A DNA stretch of 64,000 nucleotides from Opitutales bacterium (GTDB taxonomy: Bacteria; Verrucomicrobiota; Verrucomicrobiia; Opitutales; UBA2987): NCBI GenBank assembly GCA_965226885.1, contig CBDDEL010000014.1, positions 192,001 to 256,000 of the forward strand. Reading direction: 5' to 3'. The notes under the pieces are model-generated. The model was not told the origin of the DNA. It did no database searches and was given only the letters and a program-made list of their open reading frames with translations. Of the stretch, positions 43,212 to 52,574 are shown piece after piece (position 1 is the stretch's first letter; every line of letters begins with the position of its first letter). The translations under genes and the position numbers were made by a program.

Positions 43212-43979
43212 TTATTGTTTTGTGCCACGGCGACGGCGTCGAGCATCGCGCAAGCGGTAGCTTTGCCCGTTGGCTTCGAGGATATGCACCCGATGGGTGA
43301 GTCGGTCCAGCAGAGCTCCGGTGAGCCGTTCGGAACCGAGCACTTCGATCCAGTTCTCAAAGGGCAGGTTGGTGGTGACGATGAGACTGGTGCGCTCGTA
43401 AGCGCGGCTGACCACGTCGAAGAGCAGTTCGGAACCGGTCTTGGAAAAAGGGACGTAACCGAGTTCGTCGAGGATGAGTCGGTCGAGCCTTTCGAGTTGC
43501 TTCATGAAGCGCTGCAGGTCGTGGTTGTCGCGTTGCTCGAGCATATGGGTAACCAGGGCGGTGACCCCGAAGAAACGGATCCGCGGGCCCTGGGCACAGG
43601 CGGCAAAGCCCAGGGCGGTGGCCAGGTGCGTTTTACCGGTACCGGCGTTACCGAGGAGCAGCACGTTTTCGCGCTGGTCGACATACTCCCCGCGCATGAG
43701 CTCTCGGATGAGCGCTTCGTTGATCGAGGGCTGCGCTTCAAAGGCGAAGCTCTCGAGGGTCTTGAGCACGGGGAAACGGGCGTTTTTGATCCGCCGCTGG
43801 GCGGCCCGCTGTTCGCGTTCAATGAGCTCCCGTTCGACCAGATGCAACAAAAAGGCGGCGTAATCGAGCCGGTCCCGGGAACAAGCCGCGGCCACCGCCG
43901 GCCATTCGCGCAGGATGGTGGGCAACTTCAGTTTCTTGAGGTGATGGTGTAACAGCAGCTGGTTTTTTTCTTCCTTCAT
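43212..43979 (-). CDS. istB: IS21 helper ATPase
   Basis: GNAGTGKTHLA, LILDELGY, TTNLPF, ALLDRLTH. Confidence 0.95.
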   Translation of the reverse strand: MKEEKNQLLLHHHLKKLKLPTILREWPAVAAACSRDRLDYAAFLLHLVERELIEREQRAAQRRIKNARFPVLKTLESFAFEAQPSINEALIRELMRGEYVDQRENVLLLGNAGTGKTHLATALGFAACAQGPRIRFFGVTALVTHMLEQRDNHDLQRFMKQLERLDRLILDELGYVPFSKTGSELLFDVVSRAYERTSLIVTTNLPFENWIEVLGSERLTGALLDRLTHRVHILEANGQSYRLRDARRRRRGTKQ

Positions 43980-45481
43980 AAAGCCCCTCCTGGAATCTTG
44001 AGCAGTTCGCTGTAGGCACCGAGGTCAGGGGCGGCCACACGGACGTGACGCAGGTGTGGATGGCCGTCCAGCCGGAAGGTTCTGCTCCCGTAGTCTTCCT
44101 GAGGATAGAGATACTGGGCGATGGCCTCACGAGTCAGTCCCCCCACCCGCAGGGCCGAGACGACGGCCTGCTGCAAGGCCGCCATGGGGTGTTTCTCCAA
44201 CAGCCGCAGCACCCGGATATACTCCCGGGTGCCTTCGCCCCCGCATTGGCTTTCGAGCCGGCGTCTGAGGACCTGCAGGCACTGCGGCAACTGCCAGCCC
44301 GAGAGTGGGCGGGCGAAGTCCAAAGCGCCCGGTTTTTTCTCCAGCAAAGCCAGGTAGTGCACCGGCTCGAAAGAGACTTGCTCTTTATCCCAAATGCGGC
44401 GGTGCCGGGCCACCTCTTGGCCCCCACAGAAGATCACCACCTGCCGACAGGACCCTTCCACCACCACCGGATGGTGGGCGCAGCGCACCGGCACCGAATA
44501 GTCGTTGCACTCGAAGCGCACCAGCGAGAGGCTGCTGACGCAGGTCGAGCGTTTGCGGCTCGCTTCAAAGGGTATGGGCGGCAACGCCAGCATGACGGCG
44601 CGCTCCTCGGCCAGCAGTTCCTTTTTCACCGCCCTTTTCCCGCGTAATTTACGCTCCATGTCCCGCTCACATGCCTCCAACAGCTTTGCGTTGAGTTCCT
44701 CCAGGTCCCGAACCTGCGGTACCGGTACCAGGAAGTTGGCCCGGGCATAACGCACGATCCCCTCGACCACGCCCTTCTCGTTGGGCCGGGCGGGCAGACA
44801 GAAGTGTTCCTCGAACAGGTAATGGCTCTGTAGCTGCAGAAACCCGTCGGTCAGCTTGCGTTCACGCGAACCGATAATCTTACCCACCGCCACCTTCGAG
44901 TTGTCATAGCTGATGCGCCGGGGCACCGCCCCGAAAAACTCAAAAGCTCGCAGGTGCCCCTCCCAGAAGCTCTCCGTGCACTCCCGTTCGAACACCTGCA
45001 CGAAAAAGGCATCGCTGTAGGGCAGGCTCATGGCAAAAAATGGCCGCCTACGCAATTGCCCCGCCTCCTTCACCAGGGCATGACCGAAGTCCACCTGTCC
45101 CTCCCCGGGGCGGTGCTCCAGCGGCACGAACACTTCCCGCCGCCTCGCTCGCAGCTCGGCCACCACCTCCTTGACCGCCGTGTAGCCCCCTTGGTAGCCC
45201 TTCTCCCGACCCAAACGCTGGTAGATCCGTTTGGCCGTATGGCGCTGCTTCTTGGGCACGTTCCGGTCCGCTTTGAGCACCTCCTCGATCCAGCCCACAT
45301 ACGGATCGATCTTGCGCTCTCGCCTCTTCTTGCGCCGGTATCCCGGCGGCTGGGAATAGGCCAGCATCTTTCCCAGGGTCTCCCAGTGCAGTCCCTCTTC
45401 TCGCATTACAGAGCGCTTGCTCTGCTTGTCCCGCAGCACTTTGTGCCGCACTCTTGTCCATTGCTTCATATCTCGATACAC
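43976..45481 (-). CDS. istA: IS21 transposase
   Basis: KQRHTAKRI, GQVDFG, YDN, NEKGVVE. Confidence 0.95.
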   Translation of the reverse strand: MYRDMKQWTRVRHKVLRDKQSKRSVMREEGLHWETLGKMLAYSQPPGYRRKKRRERKIDPYVGWIEEVLKADRNVPKKQRHTAKRIYQRLGREKGYQGGYTAVKEVVAELRARRREVFVPLEHRPGEGQVDFGHALVKEAGQLRRRPFFAMSLPYSDAFFVQVFERECTESFWEGHLRAFEFFGAVPRRISYDNSKVAVGKIIGSRERKLTDGFLQLQSHYLFEEHFCLPARPNEKGVVEGIVRYARANFLVPVPQVRDLEELNAKLLEACERDMERKLRGKRAVKKELLAEERAVMLALPPIPFEASRKRSTCVSSLSLVRFECNDYSVPVRCAHHPVVVEGSCRQVVIFCGGQEVARHRRIWDKEQVSFEPVHYLALLEKKPGALDFARPLSGWQLPQCLQVLRRRLESQCGGEGTREYIRVLRLLEKHPMAALQQAVVSALRVGGLTREAIAQYLYPQEDYGSRTFRLDGHPHLRHVRVAAPDLGAYSELLKIPGGAL

Positions 45482-45992
45482 TCCTCCTTTCTAGGATAAG
45501 CGTACCGGTTTTAAAGCGCCCTCTTTACCGTACCGGTTTTTCCCCGGCGTTTACACCCGCGCCCACTTCGTCCCTTTTAAGGCTAACCGGCGCATGGCTT
45601 CCATCAAGGTGTAGGCCAGCGCCGACGCCGACAAGAGCAATCGCCACTGATTGGCCCACCATTGATGGGCGCTGGTGCGCTCGCTGAACAATTGCATCTG
45701 TTCCTTGATTCGGTTCTCCATTTCACCGCGGCCACAGTATACCTTGTCGTAAAGCTCCTGGGGATCGCCCGGCAGGTTCGTCACCACGAAGCGCGGGTTG
45801 GACCCCTGTGCGGTGTGTTCGGCTTTATGGATGACCAACCGCAGCCATCGCCACGAATCGGCAGCATAGACGAAGTCCTGGAATAACCGTTGTTTTTTAC
45901 CCCTTAGTTCGAACCATTCTTTGGCCTGCTTTTGCAACTGCTGGGCATCTTGCTGCAAGCGTGCATTGCGAGCCATCCCCACGATGTAACTA

Positions 45993-47809
45993 GAGGCTGT
46001 CCCAAAAGGGTGATTTTTGCGAGGGCTTTTGATAGGCGCTCATTCTAGAGGTATTTGCATTTGGGAGAGTATCAACTTTGCTCTCCTATGACGTTAGGAT
46101 ACTGGTTTTGGGGTCCGGTTGCCTGGGTTTCTTTGTATGAGCCGACAGTACGGCTGTGAAAAAGTATTGTCCTTGCTTTTCCGCTCTCTAGGCCGCCGCT
46201 TTGGTTTTTAGTTCGTCTTGCTGGGCCAGCATCTTGGCTACTTTCCATAGGTTGTGCGAGAGTACCGACCAGGCTACGCTGATCGAGCGGTTGGCAAAGC
46301 CTTTGCTGCGCAACCGCCCGGCCTGCCAGCGATTCTTCAATACCCCGATCCGCCCTTCGGTGCTGGCCCGGCGCTTTTGCAATTGTCTGAACAGTGGTTC
46401 CTCCATCCGTTTTTTCAACTGCTTCGGATCGCGTGGACAGAGCGCGTCGTAGATTCCCTCCTGGGCTAACTGCCGGCGGGCCCGCTGGGAGGCAAATCCC
46501 CGGTCCGCGCACATGGCCGCTATGGGTTCTTCCAGGTTGAAGCGGTTCTGTCTTTGCAAACTCTCTTGCATTTGTTCATTTTCGCTTGGAGTTCGGCTGC
46601 CGTAGAGTTTCCAGTCCAGCAGGTACCCTTCAACGCTTTCTCCCAAAAACAGGGTGTTGCCGAACTCGACCTCTTGGCCCGCTTTACCTCGCACAATCAC
46701 CTGCCCATCGAGTTCGTAAACACTCAAGACTTTCTCTGCGTTTTTCACCTGGCGGCCGCCAATGATCCGCTCGTGCGCCTGTTTGATGACCACCGGGATT
46801 TGCTCGCTCATGCGCTCCATCCGGGCGAGGATCTGTTGGACCTGTTTTTCGCTGTAATCGCTTTGCTCCCAGCAGGCTTGCAATAATTCCCGGTGACTGC
46901 GGGCATGCTCCCCGATCCGTTTGAGCAGCTTTTTCATCTGCCTCAAGATACCCTTGCGCTGCCGCGCGCTGTCCTTTCGCCGCCGGCTGTGGGTCATCTG
47001 TATGCACAGCCGATTCATCTGCCGAGCCAAGGGCTCCGGTTCGATCGGCATGCGATGGCGCACACCGGCCTTCTCGCGGATCAGCCGGATCGCTTTGAGC
47101 AACGTGCCGGCTACATCCTTGAGTAATACCCAGTCCGTCGGCCAATGAATGTTAGCCTCCAAACAGGTGCCGTCGATCAGGCAAATGGTGGGGTCAATCG
47201 GCTTGTCCAATCTCACCTGCCGGGCCAGAAGGGCATCGCCCACCACCTCAGTCAAGGTCCGGTGCAAGGCCCTCAACTGCTCTTCGCTGAAAAACTTCGA
47301 GGCCCGCTCCAGGGTGCTTTTGGAGATGCCCCTGATGCCATCGATCTGCCGGACACGGCAAAAGTCGGCCAACAGATCGCTGCTGCCCAGAGCCCGCGAC
47401 AAATGCCGAAACGAAATCCCTCCGAGCAGACGGCCCAGCGTATCCATGCGCAGTGCCTTGATGGCAAAACTGGCCCGCTGCCGCCGGGCCTTTAGACCCA
47501 TTGGCGGCCACCCCTCCAAGGCCAGCTCAATGGCCTGCGATTCCACCTCCGAGTCGATCAGCAGCCGATCGATTCGATCAATGGTGGCGCGGAAGTTATC
47601 GTAATCGAGGCACCGGTCGACCACAGTTAAAGCTGGACGCAGGAGGCATTGGATGGCTATATTTTTCATAGAAAGGGCTATATTGATTTTCGCTAACTCA
47701 ATTATAGAACCCTCTTTTGGCCGGATCGAGCAAAAACTTGCTCTTTCCGGCTCTTTTTATCAACGTCATCCAGTTGACTATAAAATCTTTATATTTTTGG
47801 GACAGCCTC
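45993..47809 (-). mobile_element. IS5/ISNCY-like element, copy 2 (1817 bp)
   Basis: Same IRs as 19099-20915; 6-bp TSD TAACTA. Confidence 0.93.
46188..47669 (-). CDS. DDE transposase (IS5/ISNCY-like), copy 2
   Basis: 493 aa; six substitutions relative to copy 1. Confidence 0.88.
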   Translation of the reverse strand: MKNIAIQCLLRPALTVVDRCLDYDNFRATIDRIDRLLIDSEVESQAIELALEGWPPMGLKARRQRASFAIKALRMDTLGRLLGGISFRHLSRALGSSDLLADFCRVRQIDGIRGISKSTLERASKFFSEEQLRALHRTLTEVVGDALLARQVRLDKPIDPTICLIDGTCLEANIHWPTDWVLLKDVAGTLLKAIRLIREKAGVRHRMPIEPEPLARQMNRLCIQMTHSRRRKDSARQRKGILRQMKKLLKRIGEHARSHRELLQACWEQSDYSEKQVQQILARMERMSEQIPVVIKQAHERIIGGRQVKNAEKVLSVYELDGQVIVRGKAGQEVEFGNTLFLGESVEGYLLDWKLYGSRTPSENEQMQESLQRQNRFNLEEPIAAMCADRGFASQRARRQLAQEGIYDALCPRDPKQLKKRMEEPLFRQLQKRRASTEGRIGVLKNRWQAGRLRSKGFANRSISVAWSVLSHNLWKVAKMLAQQDELKTKAAA

Positions 47810-48688
47810 TAACTAACTTCGTTGCGGTCGCACCAAGAGAGTATCCGGTCTCGACAAAATCCACTGTCGGCGCGCCAAATAATCCGCGTACGGGGCCAGC
47901 TTTGGCGAATCCGTTTAACCAGCAATTTGAGGATGGCCCCGGCATGCCTGCTGGCATCGATCTTGCTCGGCCGCAGGTAGGCCACCAGCAGCTGATCACC
48001 GCAAAAAACATATAGCGGCAGAAAACAGTAATGATCATAATAACCGTGGAAAAAACGTCCCTCCTGGAGCCCGTGCACCGGATTGTCGGTGGCGTCAAAG
48101 TCCAGGATGATCTCTTCGGGTTCCTCGGCAAAGGAGCCCATGAACTGTTCGACCAACAGCTCGTTTACCGCAAAGGCCGCCCGCCGATCCTGCCCGTTTT
48201 CAAAACGACACAAAGTCGGCGCGCTGGCCAACGTTTCAATGCGCCCCGTTACCGTTTGCAACAATGGATCGTGGCGCAGGGTATCAAAGTCGTTCAAATC
48301 CTCATAGCCCGCCACCAGCCCGTAAACGCGCTGCCGCAGCATCCCCAATACCTCATGGCGTACTTTGCCCTTCTGCCGTTTGTCCACTAACTGTCGGGCC
48401 GCTCGTTCGGTCAAGCCCAACTGCCGATCCACTTCCCGGATCAAAAGCAGTCCGGCATCCGAAGTAACCTCTCCGCCCTTGAAATCAACCCGCACACGGC
48501 GGCCTTTTACCCTTGTCAACTGTAGCTTTAATTGTTTACCTTTTGTCATCGCTGATATTGCTTTAATTATTGATCTATCCTGCTGTATATCAGCAGTTAA
48601 GCATATCAACGATACTTTTTTTACGAAATATCCGGGCTAGTGTGGAACACTGATTATCCACACTTAAATTTAAATCGAATTCAGCCAT

Positions 48689-49697
48689 TCATTCCGTCGG
48701 CAATCCCGCTGGAACGCTGAACAAGCTGCCGTCGTCGCCCCTCTGAAAAAACCGCATCTCCGGGCTGTTGTCCTCAAAGGTAAAAATCCAGCCAAGGGCG
48801 TCTCCGTAGAGAAATATCCAGCGGTAGGTATTTTCATTGAGGAAGATAAATTCCCCAAGGCCGAGATCGAAGAGGAAGATCGCGTCGGTGGTGCTCCCAT
48901 CAAAAACAAATTGCCAACTGTGTTCTTTGTGGAAAATCCATGGCCAAAACTCGATGTTATAGCTAGAGTACCAGGGAGAATCCCTCCACCCGGGAAAACC
49001 CGCAATAGCGGTTCCACTGAAAATGTCCGAAGGCATGGAGTCCATAGCGTGGATATTATCGATGCCAACCGTGGCCAGAACATGGGGTGCATGTTTACCG
49101 GGGGAAACGGGCTCAATAGCATCATTGCGGATAAGCAGGGTGGTGACGTTGGATAACGTTAGCTCTACGTCATTGATTCCTAGGTCTTCTAGGTCTTTAT
49201 GGACTCCTTCTACAAATACAAGGTCATCCACGGAAAGACCGAAAACATAGTGTTCCCAAAGATTTGCGGCCAAGGGTGGGGTTTGTGATTTTGTCGCAAA
49301 TGTTCCACCCGGACCAAATATCAGCAGCCTGATTCGGACATTGGAGGTGCGAAGGTCGAATCGATTTAAATCCATTTCAATGGCTTTTACGTTATTGGCC
49401 AGGTAATCTCCGGCCCAACGAGAGGTGTTTTTAGTCCCTTAGTCCCTAAATGAAATGCAATGCCATCGCGCCGAATTTCCAGGTAGCCGTCCGTCGATCC
49501 ATTGGCTCCCCCCTCGGTGCGAACTATGGGATTGGCCCCACCACCGGATTGGCCCCACCACCCCAGCCGTTGACGCCGCCCGAGTTAAAATCATCAATTT
49601 GGTCTATTTCAATGGCAAAGACACTCAAATCCGTCAGAAGGAGACATACCGCCAAAGTTCTGACAGGTTGAAAAATGGGCTTCAGAAGATTTCTCAT
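48689..49697 (-). pseudogene. Exported protein with Trp-rich C-terminal domain, broken by 17-bp and 8-bp duplications
   Basis: Removing one copy each of 49529-49545 and 49432-49439 fuses ORF 49763-49524 to ORF 49375-48689: signal peptide...WGGGANPIVRTEGGANGSTDGYLEIRRDGIAFHLGTKNTSRWAGDYLANNVKAIEMDLN... (327 aa). Confidence 0.85.
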
Positions 49698-49819
49698 CCG
49701 GGATGTCATATAAGAACCCTCAAAGTTGCTGAATATTCCGAGATTTCCCATTTGAACATTCATAATCGCAGGAAATAGCGATTCCCCGATTTCACAGTTT
49801 TAATTTTCCATACCATTTG

Positions 49820-50842
49820 TCAATTTTTACGTTCGCAATTGGTAATCAAACAGGTGGCGTTGAGTATTATGGGGCTACTGCCAGATACTGAATCTGTTAT
49901 TTCAGACCGACTCGGCCTGTTGAACTGATCCAGTATGAAAAGGGTCGCGATATCCTTCAATTCGGACAAATCCGGCGATCTTTCAGGGTAATCCTCAGCA
50001 ACATAGACCGCTTCCCCTGCATTTTTCACTATCAACAGCCGCAAATCGGCTCCCGTTTCCAGGCTTTTGTCCTGTAGTAATTGGGATTGCGGAAAAAGGA
50101 TATCTTCCTCCCCCGTGATCAAAAGGACGGGAGGGGAAGTTTTCCCGATAAAATACACCGGGCTGGCATCAATGTAGTTTTGAGGAACTTCCTCCACCGT
50201 CCCGCCGAGGCCGTATTTCAGTTGGGTGCGCACTTTTTTCTTATCTTTTTCCTCGCTGTCTGCCACCGCCAGGGCGATTTCGTGCAAATCGGTAACCGGG
50301 CCAAAGGCTATGATAAATGAAATCGTCTCGTCCTCAAGACCAGCCATGAGAGCGAGATGCCCACCGCTGGCATTGCCGATCAATCCCACTTTGGAGGCAT
50401 CGATGCCGTATTTGCCAGCATTCTCTATCAACCACACGACGGCGTTCTTGCAATCATCAATCAACGCGCTGAGGGGCGATTTCTTGCCGCCTTTGCTGAA
50501 ATTGATGGAGGCGAGGATAACTTGATAGTCCGCCACAAAATCGAGAAGAAGGTTCCGGAAAAAGGGAATATCCAGGATTTCGGATCGCGTCCCCCTGCGG
50601 TAGCCGCCGCCGTGGATGTAAACGATCAGGGGCAATGCCTCCGGTACATCCGCCTCAGACCGATAGATATCCAGTTGCAATGGTTTGGATGAAACATCCC
50701 GATATACAAGATCGGAAACCACCACCACCCCCTTGGGCAAAGAAGATGGCGAAGGACCTTTCGGACTTTCAATAACCTCGTTTCCTCGAAAGGTCGACAA
50801 GCTGATGGAAAAGATTATTAGAATAAGAAAGCGCGCTTTCAT
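49820..50842 (-). CDS. Exported alpha/beta-hydrolase-fold protein (HSL/BD-FAE-like) with non-canonical catalytic motifs
   Basis: LDIY, IVYIHGGGY, DASPV, PPVLL; nucleophile elbow reads GNASGGHL. Confidence 0.8.
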   Translation of the reverse strand: MKARFLILIIFSISLSTFRGNEVIESPKGPSPSSLPKGVVVVSDLVYRDVSSKPLQLDIYRSEADVPEALPLIVYIHGGGYRRGTRSEILDIPFFRNLLLDFVADYQVILASINFSKGGKKSPLSALIDDCKNAVVWLIENAGKYGIDASKVGLIGNASGGHLALMAGLEDETISFIIAFGPVTDLHEIALAVADSEEKDKKKVRTQLKYGLGGTVEEVPQNYIDASPVYFIGKTSPPVLLITGEEDILFPQSQLLQDKSLETGADLRLLIVKNAGEAVYVAEDYPERSPDLSELKDIATLFILDQFNRPSRSEITDSVSGSSPIILNATCLITNCERKN

Positions 50843-50898
50843 TTTTACGGCAACTCATCTAACATCCGGGGATGCTGTTCAAGTTCAATATTACAAAT

Positions 50899-51405
50899 AT
50901 GAGTAAACACAAAAATCGGTTTTCGATTTTGGGATGCGCCATTTTTCTGGCCTTTTTACCAATTGAAAAGACATTCGGTTTTTCCCTGAGTTCCCTCCAG
51001 AACCTGCCCGGTTTCTCGGTCAATGTTCTCAAGCTGACGCCCGACGCCGAAAAATTAGGTGTCACCCAGGAAAAACTGCGCGAGGTCCTGGTCAAGCATT
51101 TGCAGGAGGCGGGCCTGCCGGTTGTTTCCGAGGAGAAATCATCCTCTCTGCCGGGAAAACCGATCCTCGAACTGACCGTTATCCTGCGCAAAGTGAGGGA
51201 TGGCAGCAGTTATATTTTTTCCATCAACCTGGCCTTGCAGAAAATGGTTTCACTGGAACGACCAACCGATAACCTGGCGGGAATCTATGCACCCACCTGG
51301 GAAAAAACAATCTTGGGAATGACCAACAAGAAATACTATATCGAAGTGGGCACCCGGCAGTTGCTCGACCGCTTTGCCCAGGAATACAAGGTGGAAAACC
51401 TTTGA
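50899..51405 (+). CDS. Hypothetical exported protein
   Basis: 168-aa ORF with basic and hydrophobic N-terminus; no family recognised. Confidence 0.7.
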   Translation: MSKHKNRFSILGCAIFLAFLPIEKTFGFSLSSLQNLPGFSVNVLKLTPDAEKLGVTQEKLREVLVKHLQEAGLPVVSEEKSSSLPGKPILELTVILRKVRDGSSYIFSINLALQKMVSLERPTDNLAGIYAPTWEKTILGMTNKKYYIEVGTRQLLDRFAQEYKVENL

Positions 51406-51427
51406 TTCCGGCCCCCAATCGATGTTA

Positions 51428-52550
51428 TTAATCCGGCAATTGAATAGTAACAGTTAAGCGGCGTATTGAACATCCCGATGATGGAAGAGTTTTTTAATCA
51501 AAATTGGTTTTCGTTGCCTGCTGCGCAGGTGGGTTCGCAGACTTCCCTGCAACTCAATTTGGCTGCGCGGGGCCGGCAGGTTCTTCAAGTTGGCTTTGAC
51601 CGTGTTATTCAAATACTCATCGGGGTTCAATTCGGGACTGTAAGATGGTAGATAAAAAATCCCGATCCTATCGCGGTGGGCTTCAATCCAACCGGTTACT
51701 TTTTTAGCATGATGCACTCTCAGATTGTCCACAATGAGAAAGATTTTCCGGTTGGCTCCTTTGATTAACTGGCGCAGAAATTTGATAAACAGTTCCACAT
51801 TCAAGGCTCCCTTGTAAACCATGAAACGCAGCTTTCCACGGTTGGTTATAGTCGAGATCATGCTCGTGCTAAAACGACGCGCACTGCGTTTGGCAACTGG
51901 CGTTTTACCGCGCGGAGCATAACCTCTTCCCCGATGATCTTCGCTACTGATGCCGGTGATGCCGGTTTCATCTCCCCAGTGGATTTGGGCCTGTTGCGCT
52001 TTGGCTCTGGCTTCGATGGCCGGGTAAGTTTGATCAAGCCACTTCTTAATCGCCTCAGGCTGCTGCTCATAGGCTTGTCTTCGAGGTTTTTGTGGAGTGA
52101 AACCCCAACGGCGAAGATACTCGCCCACCGTGCGGATCGGCATCTTCAAAGCAAACTGCCTTTCAATCAACTCTTGTACCGCTTGGCGCGTCCACAGGGC
52201 AAAGGGCATCTTAAGCTGGTCGGGTCTCTTATCGGTAATCATTCGGCACACCATGCGCTCTTGTTGGGAGCTCAATCTTCGACATTGGCCCTGCCGACGG
52301 CCCCGTTGTCCAAGCCGCAGGGCTTTTGGCCCTCCATTTCGGTAAAGGGCCCACCATTTGCGCACAGCGCTGATCGATACCTTTAAAACCACGGAAACCT
52401 CTTCATAAGTGCAACCCTCTCTTTTCAGATCCACCGCCCGACACCTCAGCTCATATATAGTCTCTTCGCTTAGTGAACGCGCATCATTCCTATTCATGAA
52501 CCTACTTTAGCATAAGTTATTGATATGTCACTATTTATTTGCCGGATTAA
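51428..52550 (-). mobile_element. IS630-family element (1123 bp)
   Basis: IRs TTAATCCGGCAA.T.AATAGT, flanked by TA at 51426-51427 and 52551-52552. Confidence 0.93.
51454..52497 (-). CDS. IS630 transposase, with a 9-bp in-frame duplication beside the first catalytic Asp
   Basis: WGDETG, IVDNLRVH, LPSYSPELNPDE; TGATGCCGG x2 at 51948-51965. Confidence 0.9.
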   Translation of the reverse strand: MNRNDARSLSEETIYELRCRAVDLKREGCTYEEVSVVLKVSISAVRKWWALYRNGGPKALRLGQRGRRQGQCRRLSSQQERMVCRMITDKRPDQLKMPFALWTRQAVQELIERQFALKMPIRTVGEYLRRWGFTPQKPRRQAYEQQPEAIKKWLDQTYPAIEARAKAQQAQIHWGDETGITGISSEDHRGRGYAPRGKTPVAKRSARRFSTSMISTITNRGKLRFMVYKGALNVELFIKFLRQLIKGANRKIFLIVDNLRVHHAKKVTGWIEAHRDRIGIFYLPSYSPELNPDEYLNNTVKANLKNLPAPRSQIELQGSLRTHLRSRQRKPILIKKLFHHRDVQYAA

Positions 52551-52574
52551 TAGATGGATGTTAGATGAATTCAC

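Larger units (their letters stand above)
43039..45555 (-). mobile_element. IS21-family element (2517 bp)
   Basis: Ends TGTAAACGCCGGG...CCCGGCGTTTACA; subterminal AAACCGGTACG repeats; 6-bp TSD CCCGCG. Confidence 0.95.
42887..48549 (-). pseudogene. IS1380 transposase split into three fragments (48549-47810, 45992-45556, 43038-42887)
   Basis: Fragments match consecutive parts of the 3263-4573 protein. Confidence 0.93.
42712..48636 (-). mobile_element. IS1380 copy 2 carrying two internal IS insertions (5925 bp)
   Basis: Same IRs as copy 1; TSD CTAG at 42708-42711 and 48637-48640. Length adds up exactly: 1567+12+(2517+6)+(1817+6)=5925. Confidence 0.95.

Noticed and set aside
43146..43952. 268-aa plus-strand ORF
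   Set aside because: Antisense to istB.
48639..48664. DnaA-box-like pair (TGTGGAACA / TTATCCACA) as an origin
   Set aside because: Only two boxes and no dnaA/dnaN context; the 8-bp inverted repeat fits a terminator-like hairpin just after a stop codon equally well.
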